A DNA stretch of 64,000 nt, taken from the human T2T-CHM13v2.0 reference genome, Homo sapiens. Where the stretch lies: NCBI RefSeq assembly GCF_009914755.1, contig NC_060931.1, one strand, 5' to 3'. A program made the translations under genes and the position numbers. Positions 46,029 through 58,722 of this stretch are shown here, one piece after another; within the stretch, counting starts at the first letter, position 1; every line of letters starts with the position of its first letter. A model generated the notes under the pieces. It did not search any database. It saw nothing but the letters and a program-made list of their open reading frames with translations, and was not told the origin of the DNA.

Positions 46029-46368
46029 CAGACGCAAACTCCTGAGAAGCGAGTGAAGCTGAAGCCTGAGGCCCTTCTTCCTCACAGGCCTCTGTGAGTT
46101 CTGTGAGGAGTCATCGAGTTTTCCAGAAGAGAGGAAGCTGGGTTGCAATCAGAAAGCATTTCTAATCAGCCATTTTTGGTAAATTGCCTAAAGAGATCTT
46201 CATGAGAAAAAGGATCTAAACTTACAAGTCTCCAATAATTTTTTGTGATATCATTTTTCATTCTAAAGAAATGTTCACTTTCCTGCCTAATTTTGTATTT
46301 GTAATTGTATATTCTTTTTAAAAGAAATCATATGAGCTTTGGGCTTCACAAAATCAGGATCTCCCCTG
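46029..46368. mobile_element. hAT-Tip100 element (Zaphod/MER115-like)
   Basis: gaagcgagtgaagctgaagcc...ggccc start; aattttgtatttgtaatt...cacaaaatcaggatctcccctg end. Confidence 0.55.
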
Positions 46369-48275
46369 CCTGTGCCTTTTTCCAGTGCTTAAACATTTTG
46401 CCTGTCATCCCCTAAAAAGCTAAACAATTTATTGTGATCTTGAAGCCATCATTGCTGGGCATAGTCCTGAAATATAGTTTTCCTGCAAAAGGAGAGGGAG
46501 GGGAGGAAGAAGGAAGGGAAGAAGGAAGGGAAGAAGGACAGAAATGCACAAGATTATATGTAGAGTTAGTAATTCATTTAATGTTAAGGAAGGAAAGTCA
46601 CCACCATTACAAAGCGCCTCTTTAAAAAAAAAAAAACACCCTTCCACATAGACTGAATCTCGTCTTCTCTTATGAAGGTTCTAAATTCCTAAAGATGGCT
46701 TCAGTGGACCATCCAATAATCAGATAAAAGGTCCACATTGCCGTGGACACGACATGGCTAAAGACAGGACCTAGACTTTGTTCCTGGGATTTTGTGGCAT
46801 ATTGTTAACACAAATCACCTGATTACGTTAGCCAGCAATGATCAGTCATGTATTCTTTCGCCTTCATCCTGCTTCTCCAGTTAGAGGGTTTTGAAAATCC
46901 CTTAAACAATTCAACCACTTGTTACGGAAGGTTTCCACAGCCTCTTGTCTCCTTTGTCACACAGAAATTCCCCCAAATCATCTTGGCTGCTTACATCTAC
47001 AGAGCTATAAACGGGATGCGAGTCCTCAGCGGGGAACACCAGAGCCCTCTGAGGGTGGGGAGCTTGGCGTCATACCAACTTCCTGGACCCACACTATCTG
47101 GGTTCACTAGTTATACTGATCAGACTGGCAAGTCCTCCTATGGGAAACCTTGTTTTGTGCCCCTCCATAGACATCACCTTTGTTTTTAGGTAGTATTGAT
47201 CACCCGAGGATTCGGGTTCAGGCCCACGTCATTCTAGGGTCTCAGGGTCAGAGCAAGTAAGGTGATAAAGTAAAAGGGGTTAAATAATCTTATAAACACA
47301 TATTCACACTGGAGATTTCCATTTTTTCTATTTCTTTTTATGAAACGTTTATGCACGCTTTATGGTTCTAAAACACAGGCTGCTGTTTAAGCCATTCACA
47401 GAGATAGAAAAGAAAAGAGAAGGAGAAAGCTTTTTAAATGTGGGGGCAGGGGAAAGCGGTTAGTGGAACTTCATCTGCTGAGTGTTCATACAGAGCAGAA
47501 ATAAAGAAGTGTGTGTCTATCCTATGAAGCCTATAAATCTTAAGGAAACCCAACTGTTGCCGACCCAAAAGCCTTCTGCAAATTTGCTCTTCACAGTATC
47601 TGACCCTCCAGGCTCATTGTTCTGTGTTGTCCTGGATTGATATGGCCTAAAATCAAAACTGCATTCATAGCTCGGAAGTAATTTAATAGCTCTAGTCTAG
47701 AATTAAACTTTTTGGTCATTCATTTTGATTAATTGCTAAAAGAAATTCTGGCGCTTATACCCCTAAATACAATTTTATTTTGTGGAAACAGAAAACTTAT
47801 TCTACAAAGAAGTCAACCTCTATCATAAATTCACCATCCAGGCTTGAGTGGTTTGACGTCTGGGTGCTGTACCTTGGAGACATATAATTGAAGCCCACGT
47901 GTAGATGTAGAGGTACTTTTAAAAATTTCCTCCTTGAAGATGACGTTTAACTCCACAGAGTAGCTTTCTTTGTCTTAATTCTCTGGGCTTCCATTTTTAA
48001 AAGAAAAAGCTATCCTCAAAGGCTTTATAGGGTTATTAATTACACAATGTCACCTATCGACAGAAGAAAGCCACTGTGACAGTCTCTAGCTGTCTGAAAT
48101 TTAAGTAGGCTTACCAAAGCTCTTAAGACGACAAACACATGCATTTGTAGGACGGTTCCTGTCCCACTGAGGTTAACTAAATGGTCTGGGGATGGGCAAG
48201 GAGAAAGAAGGGGAGCACTTGCAAAGTAGCTGGCTCCACTTTGGAGGAAAAAAATCCTGGGGTTGTTTTTGAGGT

Positions 48276-48760
48276 CCGGCTGAGAACCAAGAGCAACAAC
48301 AAATCATCTATATTTTTTTCAGCGCATCATGTCTATTTTTCACGTAGCAACTCCCTTCCGGGCATTCGGAAAACGCTCCTCGTCGGATATTTCTACCCAC
48401 AGGATGCTCTTTCTGTTTAACATGGAAGTAGCTTTGAATTCTCTCTGCAAAGAAGAGGTCCGGTATCCCGGCGGGAGAAGCAAAGTGCCACTGGGTGCTG
48501 GAACGTGGAGGAGAGGGCTCGCAGGAGGAAGGGTGGGGCTTGGGAAGGAAAAAGGCGCGGCTCGGAGGAGAAACCGGCTGCTCACAATCCGCGAAGCCAG
48601 AAGTTACCCGGCTCGTGGAACCACGTCCACTTCCCCCAGCCAGTTCCCTCCTGGGTTTCATTCTTAAAAAGCGATTTGTATTGGTGCCTCTCTTCCGTGT
48701 GCTACAAAGAGAAGTGACCGCTAGAGGGCAATATGCTGCAAAATAAGAATTTGATCGCAC
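48276..48760. promoter_or_regulatory. CpG-rich unique element, weak CpG island or promoter-like
   Basis: About 26 CpGs in ~480 bp of non-repeat DNA by manual count; ETS-like cttccgg and cacttcc, RFX half-site gtagcaac. Confidence 0.65.
48715..48733 (+). promoter_or_regulatory. CTCF motif
   Basis: TGACCGCTAGAGGGCAATA, strong match to the core. Confidence 0.65.
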
Positions 48761-48824
48761 ATGAGAAGAGCTGAAATAATAAGCATACAGATAGAATGAA
48801 ATAGAGGTATTGTGAAGAAGTGTG

Positions 48825-48950
48825 GTGAGTAGGCTTTCCAATCCCTGTTCTCCATATCCATACACCCCCTCAAATATACACACTTAACTGAATGGCAAAG
48901 TATCTGCACTGCAGAAGCTAACCCATCATTTTTTTCTCTCTCTCTCTTAG
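48825..48950 (+). other. Candidate 126-nt intron
   Basis: GTG|GTGAGT donor, CTAAC branch point at 48918-48922, 20-nt pyrimidine tract, TAG acceptor. Confidence 0.45.
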
Positions 48951-49058
48951 TTTCTGAGAGTTGGGAGGAGTTTTAGGGAATATTGAACTCCTCGACATCA
49001 GAACAGGGTAGTTTCTGGAAGCTTTCACCGTTCATAAGCCCAGAGTATAAGATCAAAG

Positions 49059-49303
49059 TAGTGGTTCTCAACCGGGGGCCGGGAGGGGAGGAGGGGAGTT
49101 TGCCTCCCAAGGAACATTTGGCCTTGTCTGGAGAGATTTGTGTTTGTCACAGCTTGGGGGATGGGGTGAACATAGATACTACATAGATACTAGCACCTAG
49201 TGGGTAGAGGCCAGGGATGTCACTCAACATCTTACAATGCATAGGACAACCTCTAATAACAAAGAATCATCCCCTGCAGATGTTCATAGTGCCAAGGTTT
49301 GAC
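49059..49303. mobile_element. MER20 (hAT-Charlie)
   Basis: agtggttctcaacc...acatttggc..tgtctggaga...ctagtgggtagaggccagggatg. Confidence 0.9.
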
Positions 49304-49599
49304 CAGGGTCAAACATGAGTGCACAGCTTGTAGATGCATTTCCATCCAGTGAGGGTGTGGTTCAGTCCTCAGCACTTCAGCTCTTCTCAGTGTTGACAGG
49401 CATCTCCTATGCATTGTGCATCTTTCCCCTAAGTAGACCTGCTCCATGTGATTGAAATGTGTTGCCGCAGGTAAGCTGGTCTTTCAGATTCCTGCAGCAC
49501 AGAGACCCATTTACTGCAAGGCATCTGCCCACTAGGACCCGGACTCGCAGAGCCTTCTGATGTGGATTCCCCAGCCCACCCTTAAGGGAGCCTCTGGGC

Positions 49600-49760
49600 A
49601 CTTTAGTCAGGGACCTGGCTTCCTCCACTTACTAGTTGTGTGATCTTAAACAAGTCTTTCAGCCTCCTCTGTAAAATGGTGATGATAATGACACCTACCT
49701 CCTGGGGTCTTGTAAGGAGCAAATGAGCTCACAGGTAGAAAGCCTGGTAGGCCCATAAGG
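49600..49760 (+). mobile_element. MIR
   Basis: ccacttactagttgtgtgatctt...ctgtaaaatgg...acctacctc. Confidence 0.8.
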
Positions 49761-49959
49761 GCGTAGGCATTGTCTTCTCTTTCTCCCATAGTACATGATT
49801 CATTCTTTGTTTCCCTTCTAAAGGACTTAGCCCAAAGGCATGTGCCACATCTGTCCTTGTCTTATCACATTTAATTTTTTTAAAAAAATCTTATTTTAAT
49901 GGGTCATTACTGCATACTTCATCTTTGTCTTATTATTATTCAATTATTCTGTCCAGAGA

Positions 49960-50200
49960 CAGTACAGGGTGATGATCACAAGTTCAAGACCCAGCCTGCC
50001 TGAAACTGAATCCTGTTTTGCCCCTCCCTAGACAGCTGATCTTGAGCGAGTTATTTAACCTCCTTGAACCTCAGTTGTCCCCCCTCTAAAATGGGTGTGA
50101 TAGCAGTACCCATCATTGTACAGATTAAATTAATTAATATTGGAAAAGTACTTGGAACAGTGCCTGGCACATAGTAGTACTAAATAAGATACAAATAAAT
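49960..50200 (+). mobile_element. MIR
   Basis: gttatttaacctc...cctcagtt...aacagtgcctggcacatagta. Confidence 0.8.
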
Positions 50201-50960
50201 GAAAACGATGGTGATGAGATTCATACTATTTCCCCCAACACCTAAAAATCCAACCTAAATGCACCAGAATAACAACTGATGGGATGGCTGAAGCTAAACT
50301 TACAATGCCAGGATTCCAAGGTCATTCATCTACAGGTAGGGGGCTTGAGGAAGAGAGCTTCTTTTGCATCTGAGAACATCCATAGTGCAGGAGCCACATC
50401 TGGCCCAGTCCTGTAATTTTACTAAGAAGGCAACTCGAGCACAGAGTCAATGGTGCACAGTAGGGAAGCAGGACCAGAACCTGCCAGTCAACACCACAGC
50501 TCACTCCTTTTGGCCTACATTGAGTTGCTTCAATCAATAACCACGGTACTGATCTGACACTGTTATTAACCTTCTCTGTGACTTGCAATCCGCTTCCCCA
50601 TATCCTGCAATGGTGTGGTGTGGCTTATCATTTGCCCTCTGAGAATATTTGATGCCTCAAGGGACACTCAATTCAAAGTACCTAGAAAATACTAGCTGGG
50701 TTTTTAATTCTTCTACCAGTAGACTGGACTTCACCTTGAATAGAATACCACTAATACCACTGAAGGAAAAATTTAGAGGAAATAACATCAAAGAGTGAAC
50801 ACTACACAACTATGTTATTACAGAATTTTTCTCGAAAAATCTGCTGCCCTTCAAGGGTCACTCCTCAGATACTCACCCCATTAGCACCTTATAGTTACGT
50901 AGATGTGTTTCTTACACTGTGTTGTAACTACAAGTTTATTTTTCTTCTCATTCTATGAAA

Positions 50961-51256
50961 TTTTTTTTTTTGAGATGGAGTCTCGTTCTTGTTGCCCAGG
51001 CTGGAGTGCAATGACACTATCTCAGCTCACTGCAAACCTCTGCCTCCCAGGTTCAAGCAATTCTCCTGCCTCAGCCTCCCTAGTAGCTGGGATTACAGGC
51101 ATGTGCCACCATGCCTGGCTAATTTTTTGTATTTTTAGTAGAAACAGGGTTTCTCCATGTTGGTCAGGCCGGTCTCGAACTCCTGACCTCAGGTGATCCA
51201 CGCACCTCAGCCTCCCAAAGTGCTGGGGTTACAGGTGTGAGCCACCGCGCCCGACC
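50961..51256 (-). mobile_element. AluSp inserted in an L2 3' end
   Basis: gggtttctccatgttggtcagg; TSD attctatgaaat; L2-like flank gcacagtgccagg...ataaatgtttg. Confidence 0.94.
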
Positions 51257-51570
51257 ATTCTATGAAATCTTAAAGGCAGGACGTTTGTTGTCAACTCTGT
51301 CCTCAGCAGCCCAGGCACAGTGCCAGGTGCACAGTCAGTCTTCATAAATGTTTGCTACTGCTTTGGATGGTGACACCACAGTCACCACCACAGGAAGCAG
51401 ATTGCAAGTCATGGGCGCAGGCCCAGTAGGGCAGCATTTTCCCAGAGCGTGGCATGTGGACCATGGCTGAGATGATTTTAGGTGGAAAGAGATTGATTTT
51501 AGATAGGACATGGACAAGGTATAAAACAACGTTGAATCATGTAATGAGAAAGTTATTCCTTACCCAGTGA

Positions 51571-51987
<417 letters not shown>

Positions 51988-52144
51988 TAAATACACCTGA
52001 GGCTGAAAGCCGAGAATGTTTAGCAGATAAAAATATCTACCTAGAATTTAACACATTGTTCTCAATACATCTCTTTATGACCATCTTTTCTGCACAGCAA
52101 GTGGTAACATCAGTCTTCATTTCCCATCTCTGGGTAAGGCAATT

Positions 52145-53331
52145 GTGCTCAGCAAATACCCCTGGTGTGCACCTCCACTTCCAGCCCCTTTGCACTTAGG
52201 GGGAGGGTCATGTGACTGGTCTTCACCAATGAAATGGGGTGGAAACCTATATAACCTCTGGTCTAAGGCATTGACGAGCAGGTGCACAGCCCTCCAGTCA
52301 TTCTTCCTCTGCATCAGTGGCCCTGGAGGTCACATTTTGAGATGGTGGCATTATACAATGGAGTGAGCATGGATTTAGGCATTGCCATCTGTCTCCAAGA
52401 AAAGCTGCCCTGGAAAGTCATCTGACTTGCATTGGATTTCACATGAATGAAAACTAAACCTTTTTTATTTTAGTTTATTTTATTTTACCTTAAGTTCCAG
52501 GATACACGTGCACAATGTGTAGGTTTGTTACATAGGTATACATGGACCATGGTGGTTTGCTGCACCTATCAGCGCACCATCTAGGTTTTAAGCCCGGATG
52601 CATTAGCTGTTTGTGCTAATGTTCTCCCTCCCTTCATCCCCCTATCCCCCGACAGGCCCCAGTGTGTGATGTTCCCCTCTCTGTGTCCATGTGTTCTCAT
52701 TGTTCAACTCCCACTTATGAGTGAGAATATGTGGTGTTTGGTTTTCTGTTCCTGTGTTAGTTTGCTGAGGATGATGGCTTCCAGCTTCATCCATGTCCTT
52801 GCAAAGGACATGATCTCATTCCTCTTTATGGCTGCATAGTATTCCATGGTGTATATGTGCCAATTTTCTTTATCCAGTCTATCATTGATGGGCATTTGGG
52901 TTGGTTCCAAGTCTTTGTTGTTGTAAATAGTGCTGCAATAAACATACGTGTGCATGTGTCTTTCTAGTAGAATGATCTATATTCCTTTGGGTATATACCA
53001 AGAAATGGGATTGCTGGGTCAAATGGTACTTCTGGTTCTAGATCCTTGAGGAATCGCAACACCTTCTTCCACAATGGTTGTACTAATTTACACTCCCACC
53101 AACAGTGTAAAAGCATTCCTATTTCTCCACAGCCTTGCCAGCATCTATTGTTTCTTGACTTTTGAACAATCACCATGGTATCTCATTGTAGTTTTGATTT
53201 GCATTTCCCTAATGATCAGTGACGTTGAGCTTTTGTTCATATGGAAAACCAAACCTTTGTTGTGTTAAGCCTTTGCAATATCAGCGTTTATTTGTTACTG
53301 CAACAAAGCCTAGACTATCCCGACTAATACA
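52145..53331 (+). mobile_element. MLT1J-like MaLR LTR split by L1PA
   Basis: catgtgactgg...ccaatgaaatg; ends ttgtgttaagcc...tttgttactgca...gactaataca. Confidence 0.72.
52464..53243 (-). mobile_element. L1PA8-PA10-like 3' end
   Basis: catctaggttttaagccc...gcattag; ORF2 C-terminal ORFs; TSD aaaac(t/c)aaaccttt. Confidence 0.9.
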
Positions 53332-54099
53332 TATTTTAAAACTTTTAAGATTATAAATGAGTGAGTTTAAAGAAAATATTAACTACACAATGGTCCAGGA
53401 CATAACAAAAATGTTTGAAAGTGATGCTCAAATGCCACCTAGTGCTTATAGTCTTAGAGTTAATTTTACAAAAGAGTGGAAAGTCACTCCCCTCCTCCTC
53501 TCACCAGGTTTCCCAAGAGACCTGGACCAGGCTAGGGTAAAGTGCAGCCCAGGGCTATAACAGAACAAAGTGAAATTGTAGTTTCAAGGATCAAATTTGC
53601 TGCCTTTTTGGCAACCAGCTGAATTAACTGACTCTAAAAAGCAGAAGCAGTATAATTAGAATCATTAGGAGTCCAGAGAAAAAGACTTAAAATTACCCAC
53701 TTTTCCCTGGGTGGTATGACAAACTCTCACTGTCTTTGATTTTATGAAGCTCAGCTTTCCTACAGCCCTGTCACTCTACAGGTTGGAAGCGTGATTTCAT
53801 ACCACGTACTTCAAGGCCAACTTTTCCTTGTCCGGTCCTCATAGTCTCACATGAAGTTTATGTTATTTGTTCATTCCCATTATGCTAGACAGACAATGGA
53901 TGCACACATAGTTTTCATCTTGGGGATGATTTAGTAATGATCAAAAGTTATACTGTTTCAAAGTGGGAAGCAAGGTGCACAGACTCGCTTGCCTCCAGTT
54001 AATTTCTCTTCCTCAAAGAAAAGTCCGGATGGAAGGAACCTTGAGACTTAGATACATCTGGGGTGCTGTGACAAAGAAGGAAAAACACAAAACAAGTTA

Positions 54100-54300
54100 T
54101 TAGGGAACCTGACTCCAACACTAGTTCAGCTGTTTGGCTTTGAGCAAGCCCCCTTGCCTCTCTCTGCCTGTGTTTTCCATCTTTAAAATAGAAATATCAG
54201 CAGTTACCTTAGCCAGGTGACTTGCAGTGATGTGGAGGCAGATGATAGACACGGCACTGCTGTGAAAATCGCATGACCAGCAGCTAACACACCGTGAGTT
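54100..54300 (+). mobile_element. MIR
   Basis: ttgagcaag...ctctctgcctgtgttttccatctttaaaat. Confidence 0.6.
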
Positions 54301-54309
54301 CTGGGTTCT

Positions 54310-54800
<491 letters not shown>

Positions 54801-55899
54801 GGCCAGAACTCAAAGTCAAGTGCCAGTGGCCTTGGAGATGGGGCCCATTCGAATCCCTGCCCCTCAAAGCAAGGTGTGGCTTGTTATCAAGTCTGGGTCT
54901 GGCTTCTCTGGACTGTGACACAGTCCCCTGTTTTGAAACTCCATTTTTCCACACGGGGTTAATCCAAAGAGCCTGCTGGGAGAAGAGAGGCGGCCGCAAG
55001 CCCTGCCAGCATGTTACACGCTGCTTAGCAACCGGTGAAAACAAGCAGGAAGGGAAAATGAGCCTCAGGCTGCCGGGGAGGAGTGAAGAAGGGGGAGACT
55101 TTGGTCCCTGCCTAATCTGGTTGGGTTTGTGCCGCGATGGGCATGCGCTAATCTGAATGCTTTCCCCTTAGTGTTACCTGGTCCCTGTGCTGAGGAGATG
55201 CCAGGACCAACAAGGAAGATAGAAAATGAAAAGACCTCATGACCTAAGTTCAACCTCCACCTTAGCATTTAGGCTGCCTGTAGAAGGTGTGTGCAGGCAC
55301 CAGCCCTCGAAGGGCCTGGAGATAAGCCAGAAAAAGAGCTCAGTTCTCCAAAACCACTGTTGACTGAGCCCCTGAGAGAAGACAATTTCAAATGAATAAG
55401 AAAGCCTTGATAAAGCTCCGCCCATCCAGGAAAGAAAGTAGGGGAGAATTTCAGACTTCCAGCTAAAAGGTTGGAGGTTACAGTAACCTCCAGCTTGCCC
55501 AGGATATCTTTCTTTTGCTTGAGTAATTTCAAAACATCTCAAAATCTCACAGAAATCTTCATGCCTAAAATCTATCTATGCAGTAGGGGCCACTTCATGA
55601 AAAGTAATTAATCACATGACATTTTGATTAATGTAAGGAATTTGAGGAATGTGAGTTTCAGGAAGGTGAGAATGTCTTCTCAAAGGAGTTCTCTAACGGA
55701 AATAACAAGTAATGTACCATTAATGGAAGACCAGCATATCTGGAAACCAGTGTGTTCCTTGCCACTAACTGCCTGTATGTCTTTAGGGATGCCATTTATG
55801 TATTCTCTCATCACACATCTAAAGAACCAGGCTGGGGGAAAAGATACAATGGCCCTGTCTGGCCCTGGGGTTGCTTAATGTCTCTGGGGAAGGCTGAGG

Positions 55900-56500
55900 C
55901 CTGAACAAGCCAGTAGCATTTAGCATGGTCCATGCACTGTGTGTCACCATGGGAAGGCATTATGGAGTTGCTGAAGCTCCAGTGGAATCCAGAGGATGAA
56001 GACAAGCTTGGCATGTGTAGAAAGGGGAGACAGGTATTGCGGGAGGAAGGAACTGCGTGCACTGCCTTGTTGGGGGAGTGATGTGGAACTTCATGGATCA
56101 ATGGGACTGGGGCACATTGAGTTTGTAGGGATATAGCAGAAGATAAACCTGGACACGTAAGCCAAGCTCAGATTCATTCCATAGTGCATTCAACACATTG
56201 AGCCCCTACCATGTGCCAGGCAGTGTGAGAGCAACTGGGATAGAGAAAAATCCCTGCCTTTGCAGAAATTCCACTGGCACAGAGTGGAACAAGGTCCTGA
56301 AGTTGAAGGAAAAAACAGAGAAGACAGGTGAAGCACAGCATATATTATATGACAAGGACTAAGGCAAAATACACCCATGAGGAGGGGCATAAGGAGGTTG
56401 CATTTTAGTTTAAACATTTGAAACATGTTCTATAGGAGGCAAGAGAACAAGCCTTGTTGGTGGCTAAGGGGAGAACATTCCAGAAAGAGCATATAGGACC
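55900..56500 (-). mobile_element. L2 fragments
   Basis: cattcaacacattgagcccctaccatgtgccaggca L2 3' end at ~56187. Confidence 0.65.
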
Positions 56501-56506
56501 TGAGTA

Positions 56507-56858
56507 CTATCTTAGCTCATTTGTACTACTATAACCAAATAACTGAGACTGGGTAATTTATAAATAATAGAAACTTGTTTCTCACACTTCTGGGGGCTGG
56601 GAAGTCCAAAGTCAAAGCACCAGCAGGTTGGTGTCTGATGAAGGCTGCTCTCTGAATCCAAGTTGGTGCCTCAAATGCTGTGTCCTCACATGACAGAAGG
56701 GCAAAAATGTCCTGGGAGCTCCCTTCAACCTCTTTTATAAGGTTGCTAATCCCATTCATGAGGGCTCTGCACCTCCTAAAGACCCCACCTCTTAAAACTA
56801 TCATATTGGCAGTTAAGTTTCAACATATGAATTTGGGAGACACATCCAGACCATAGCT
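56507..56858 (-). mobile_element. MSTD/MSTC-like MaLR solo LTR
   Basis: agactgggtaatttataaa...ggctgggaagtccaa...tttcaacatatgaatttggg...accatagc. Confidence 0.88.
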
Positions 56859-57669
56859 AGTACAAGGGGGCAAGCTTTGTCCTCACAGTTATGGAGATAA
56901 TGGAGTTTAATCCCAGAAGCCAAACAAGCACATTTCAGTTTTTGAAAGGACCACTTTTATACCTCTAGATAGCAGGCAGGTAGAAGGAAGCATTGGGAAA
57001 CAACTGGAAAATTTCCGAAAAGACACAAGAGGGCTCTAAGCGAGAAGGAGTTGGGGCCGGGGTGGGATTTGAAAACAGAGATAGTGGAACTAGTGGTTGG
57101 AGAAGCTGCTGCTGTGTAAGGCTGGCTGGGGGTGGGGCAGGCAGAGGGAGAGAGGATAGTGGTGACAGAGACTGTTGGGACAGGGAGGGGTTATGAGGTG
57201 ATGTTTGATCTGACCACCTACTTACTATGCCCAGTCCTTGGTGATGTGTCCTACCTGATGTCACAGCTCTGACCAGGACAAGAAGGGCGGCCTGCACCCT
57301 GCTTCTGGCAGTCACCTATGCACATGAAAGGCTGCTCCTCATGCCTGGGGACAGCATGTCTCTCCATGTGTCCCAGCAGCATAGCCTCACTCCATGAGGA
57401 AGGATGCATGTCACACCAACAGCTGGCAAACCTCTTTATTGTAAAAATCACACCCTACCCTAAAAGCACATGGCAATGAACATTTCTGAGTGGAGGAGGA
57501 TGCCCCGGTGTCTGTTAACTAGCCATGCTTGTTTCCTAGTGCAGGGTGACTGCACAGTCAGTTGTATCCAATTTGCTGCATCAAGCTAATTTGTTTTCAG
57601 ATATAAATGAAAGCTGCTGTCCCAAACCCACCGTGCTGCTTTTCCATAGAAACACTTCAGTCTGTGTTT

Positions 57670-58195
57670 AATGAATTTTAAAGAAGAATAAAATATATAC
57701 AGAAAACTGCACAAATATTGAAGTGCACAGTTTGATGAATTTTCACAAAGTGAACGCACCTATGGCACCAGCATCCAGCTCAAGAAATAGAACATTCCGG
57801 CACTCCAAAATCTCTTGCCCGTCTCAGTCACCACCCCTCTCAAAGGTACTCTGACTTCAAATAGCATAGTTTGGTTTTGCCTGTCTTAATTTTTTGTAAG
57901 TGGAAGCCTAGAGTGTGTGCTCTTTCTTGCATTGCATCATGTCCACGACATCGTGTTTGCAAGATTCATCCTCATTATTATAAGTAGCAATAGTTTATTC
58001 CTTCTCGTCTCTAGACAATATTCCATTGCATGAATATACATTTTATTTATCTATTCTGCTATGGATGGGCTGTGTCTAGGTTTTACCTGCATTGGAGGCT
58101 GCTGCCGTAAACATTTTCATACATGCCATTTGCTACAAATACATACAGGAGTGCGATTGCTGTGCCGTAGATATGCTCACGATTAGCTTTAGTTC
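57670..58195 (-). mobile_element. L1ME 3' UTR
   Basis: acagtttgatgaattttcacaaagtgaac...caagaaatagaacatt. Confidence 0.75.
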
Positions 58196-58239
58196 AGAAC
58201 ATATATACTACCAAAAGTCTCTCTGCTAAACACACTCTG

Positions 58240-58475
58240 GTACCCTGGATTGGATCCTGGGACAGTAAATGGGCATTAGGGTAAATATAGGTGGAAGCTG
58301 AATAAAGTCTGGAGTGAAGTTAATAGTAATTTGTTGATGTTGTGACATCTGTACCATGGTTTTTTAAGAGGTTAACATTAGGGGAAATTAGGTGAGAGGA
58401 AGTATATGGAAATTGTATTATTTTTGCAACTTATGTGCAAATCTAAAGTTATTCCAAAATAAAAAGTTAATGAAA
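58240..58475 (+). mobile_element. L1MC4-like 3' end
   Basis: cctggattggatcctgg...gttaacattagggga...tattccaaaataaaaagtt. Confidence 0.75.
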
Positions 58476-58557
58476 AAGAAAAAAGACTTTCTTAGTGCAC
58501 ACCTCACTAAGAATTACTGTGTTTTTTTTTTGTTTTTTTATTTAAAAAAAGGCTTTA

Positions 58558-58722
58558 CAGCAGCATTTATCTAACTTGCCTGATGAGATTCACCTGGAGC
58601 AAATTCTTGTACCCATTTCTAAAAGATTCTGATGTCAGATCTGCAACACGACCCAGGATCAGATTTTTAACAAGTGCTCACCTCACCCTGAGTGCCCTAT
58701 CAGACAAGCTCTAAGAAATACC
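58558..58722. mobile_element. MER5-like hAT MITE
   Basis: aacttgcctgat..gattcacctgg...agattctgat...atttttaacaag. Confidence 0.55.

Noticed and set aside
48308-48883. 191-aa ORF, the longest in the window
   Set aside because: Several frames are open here because of GC richness; the product has no recognisable domain
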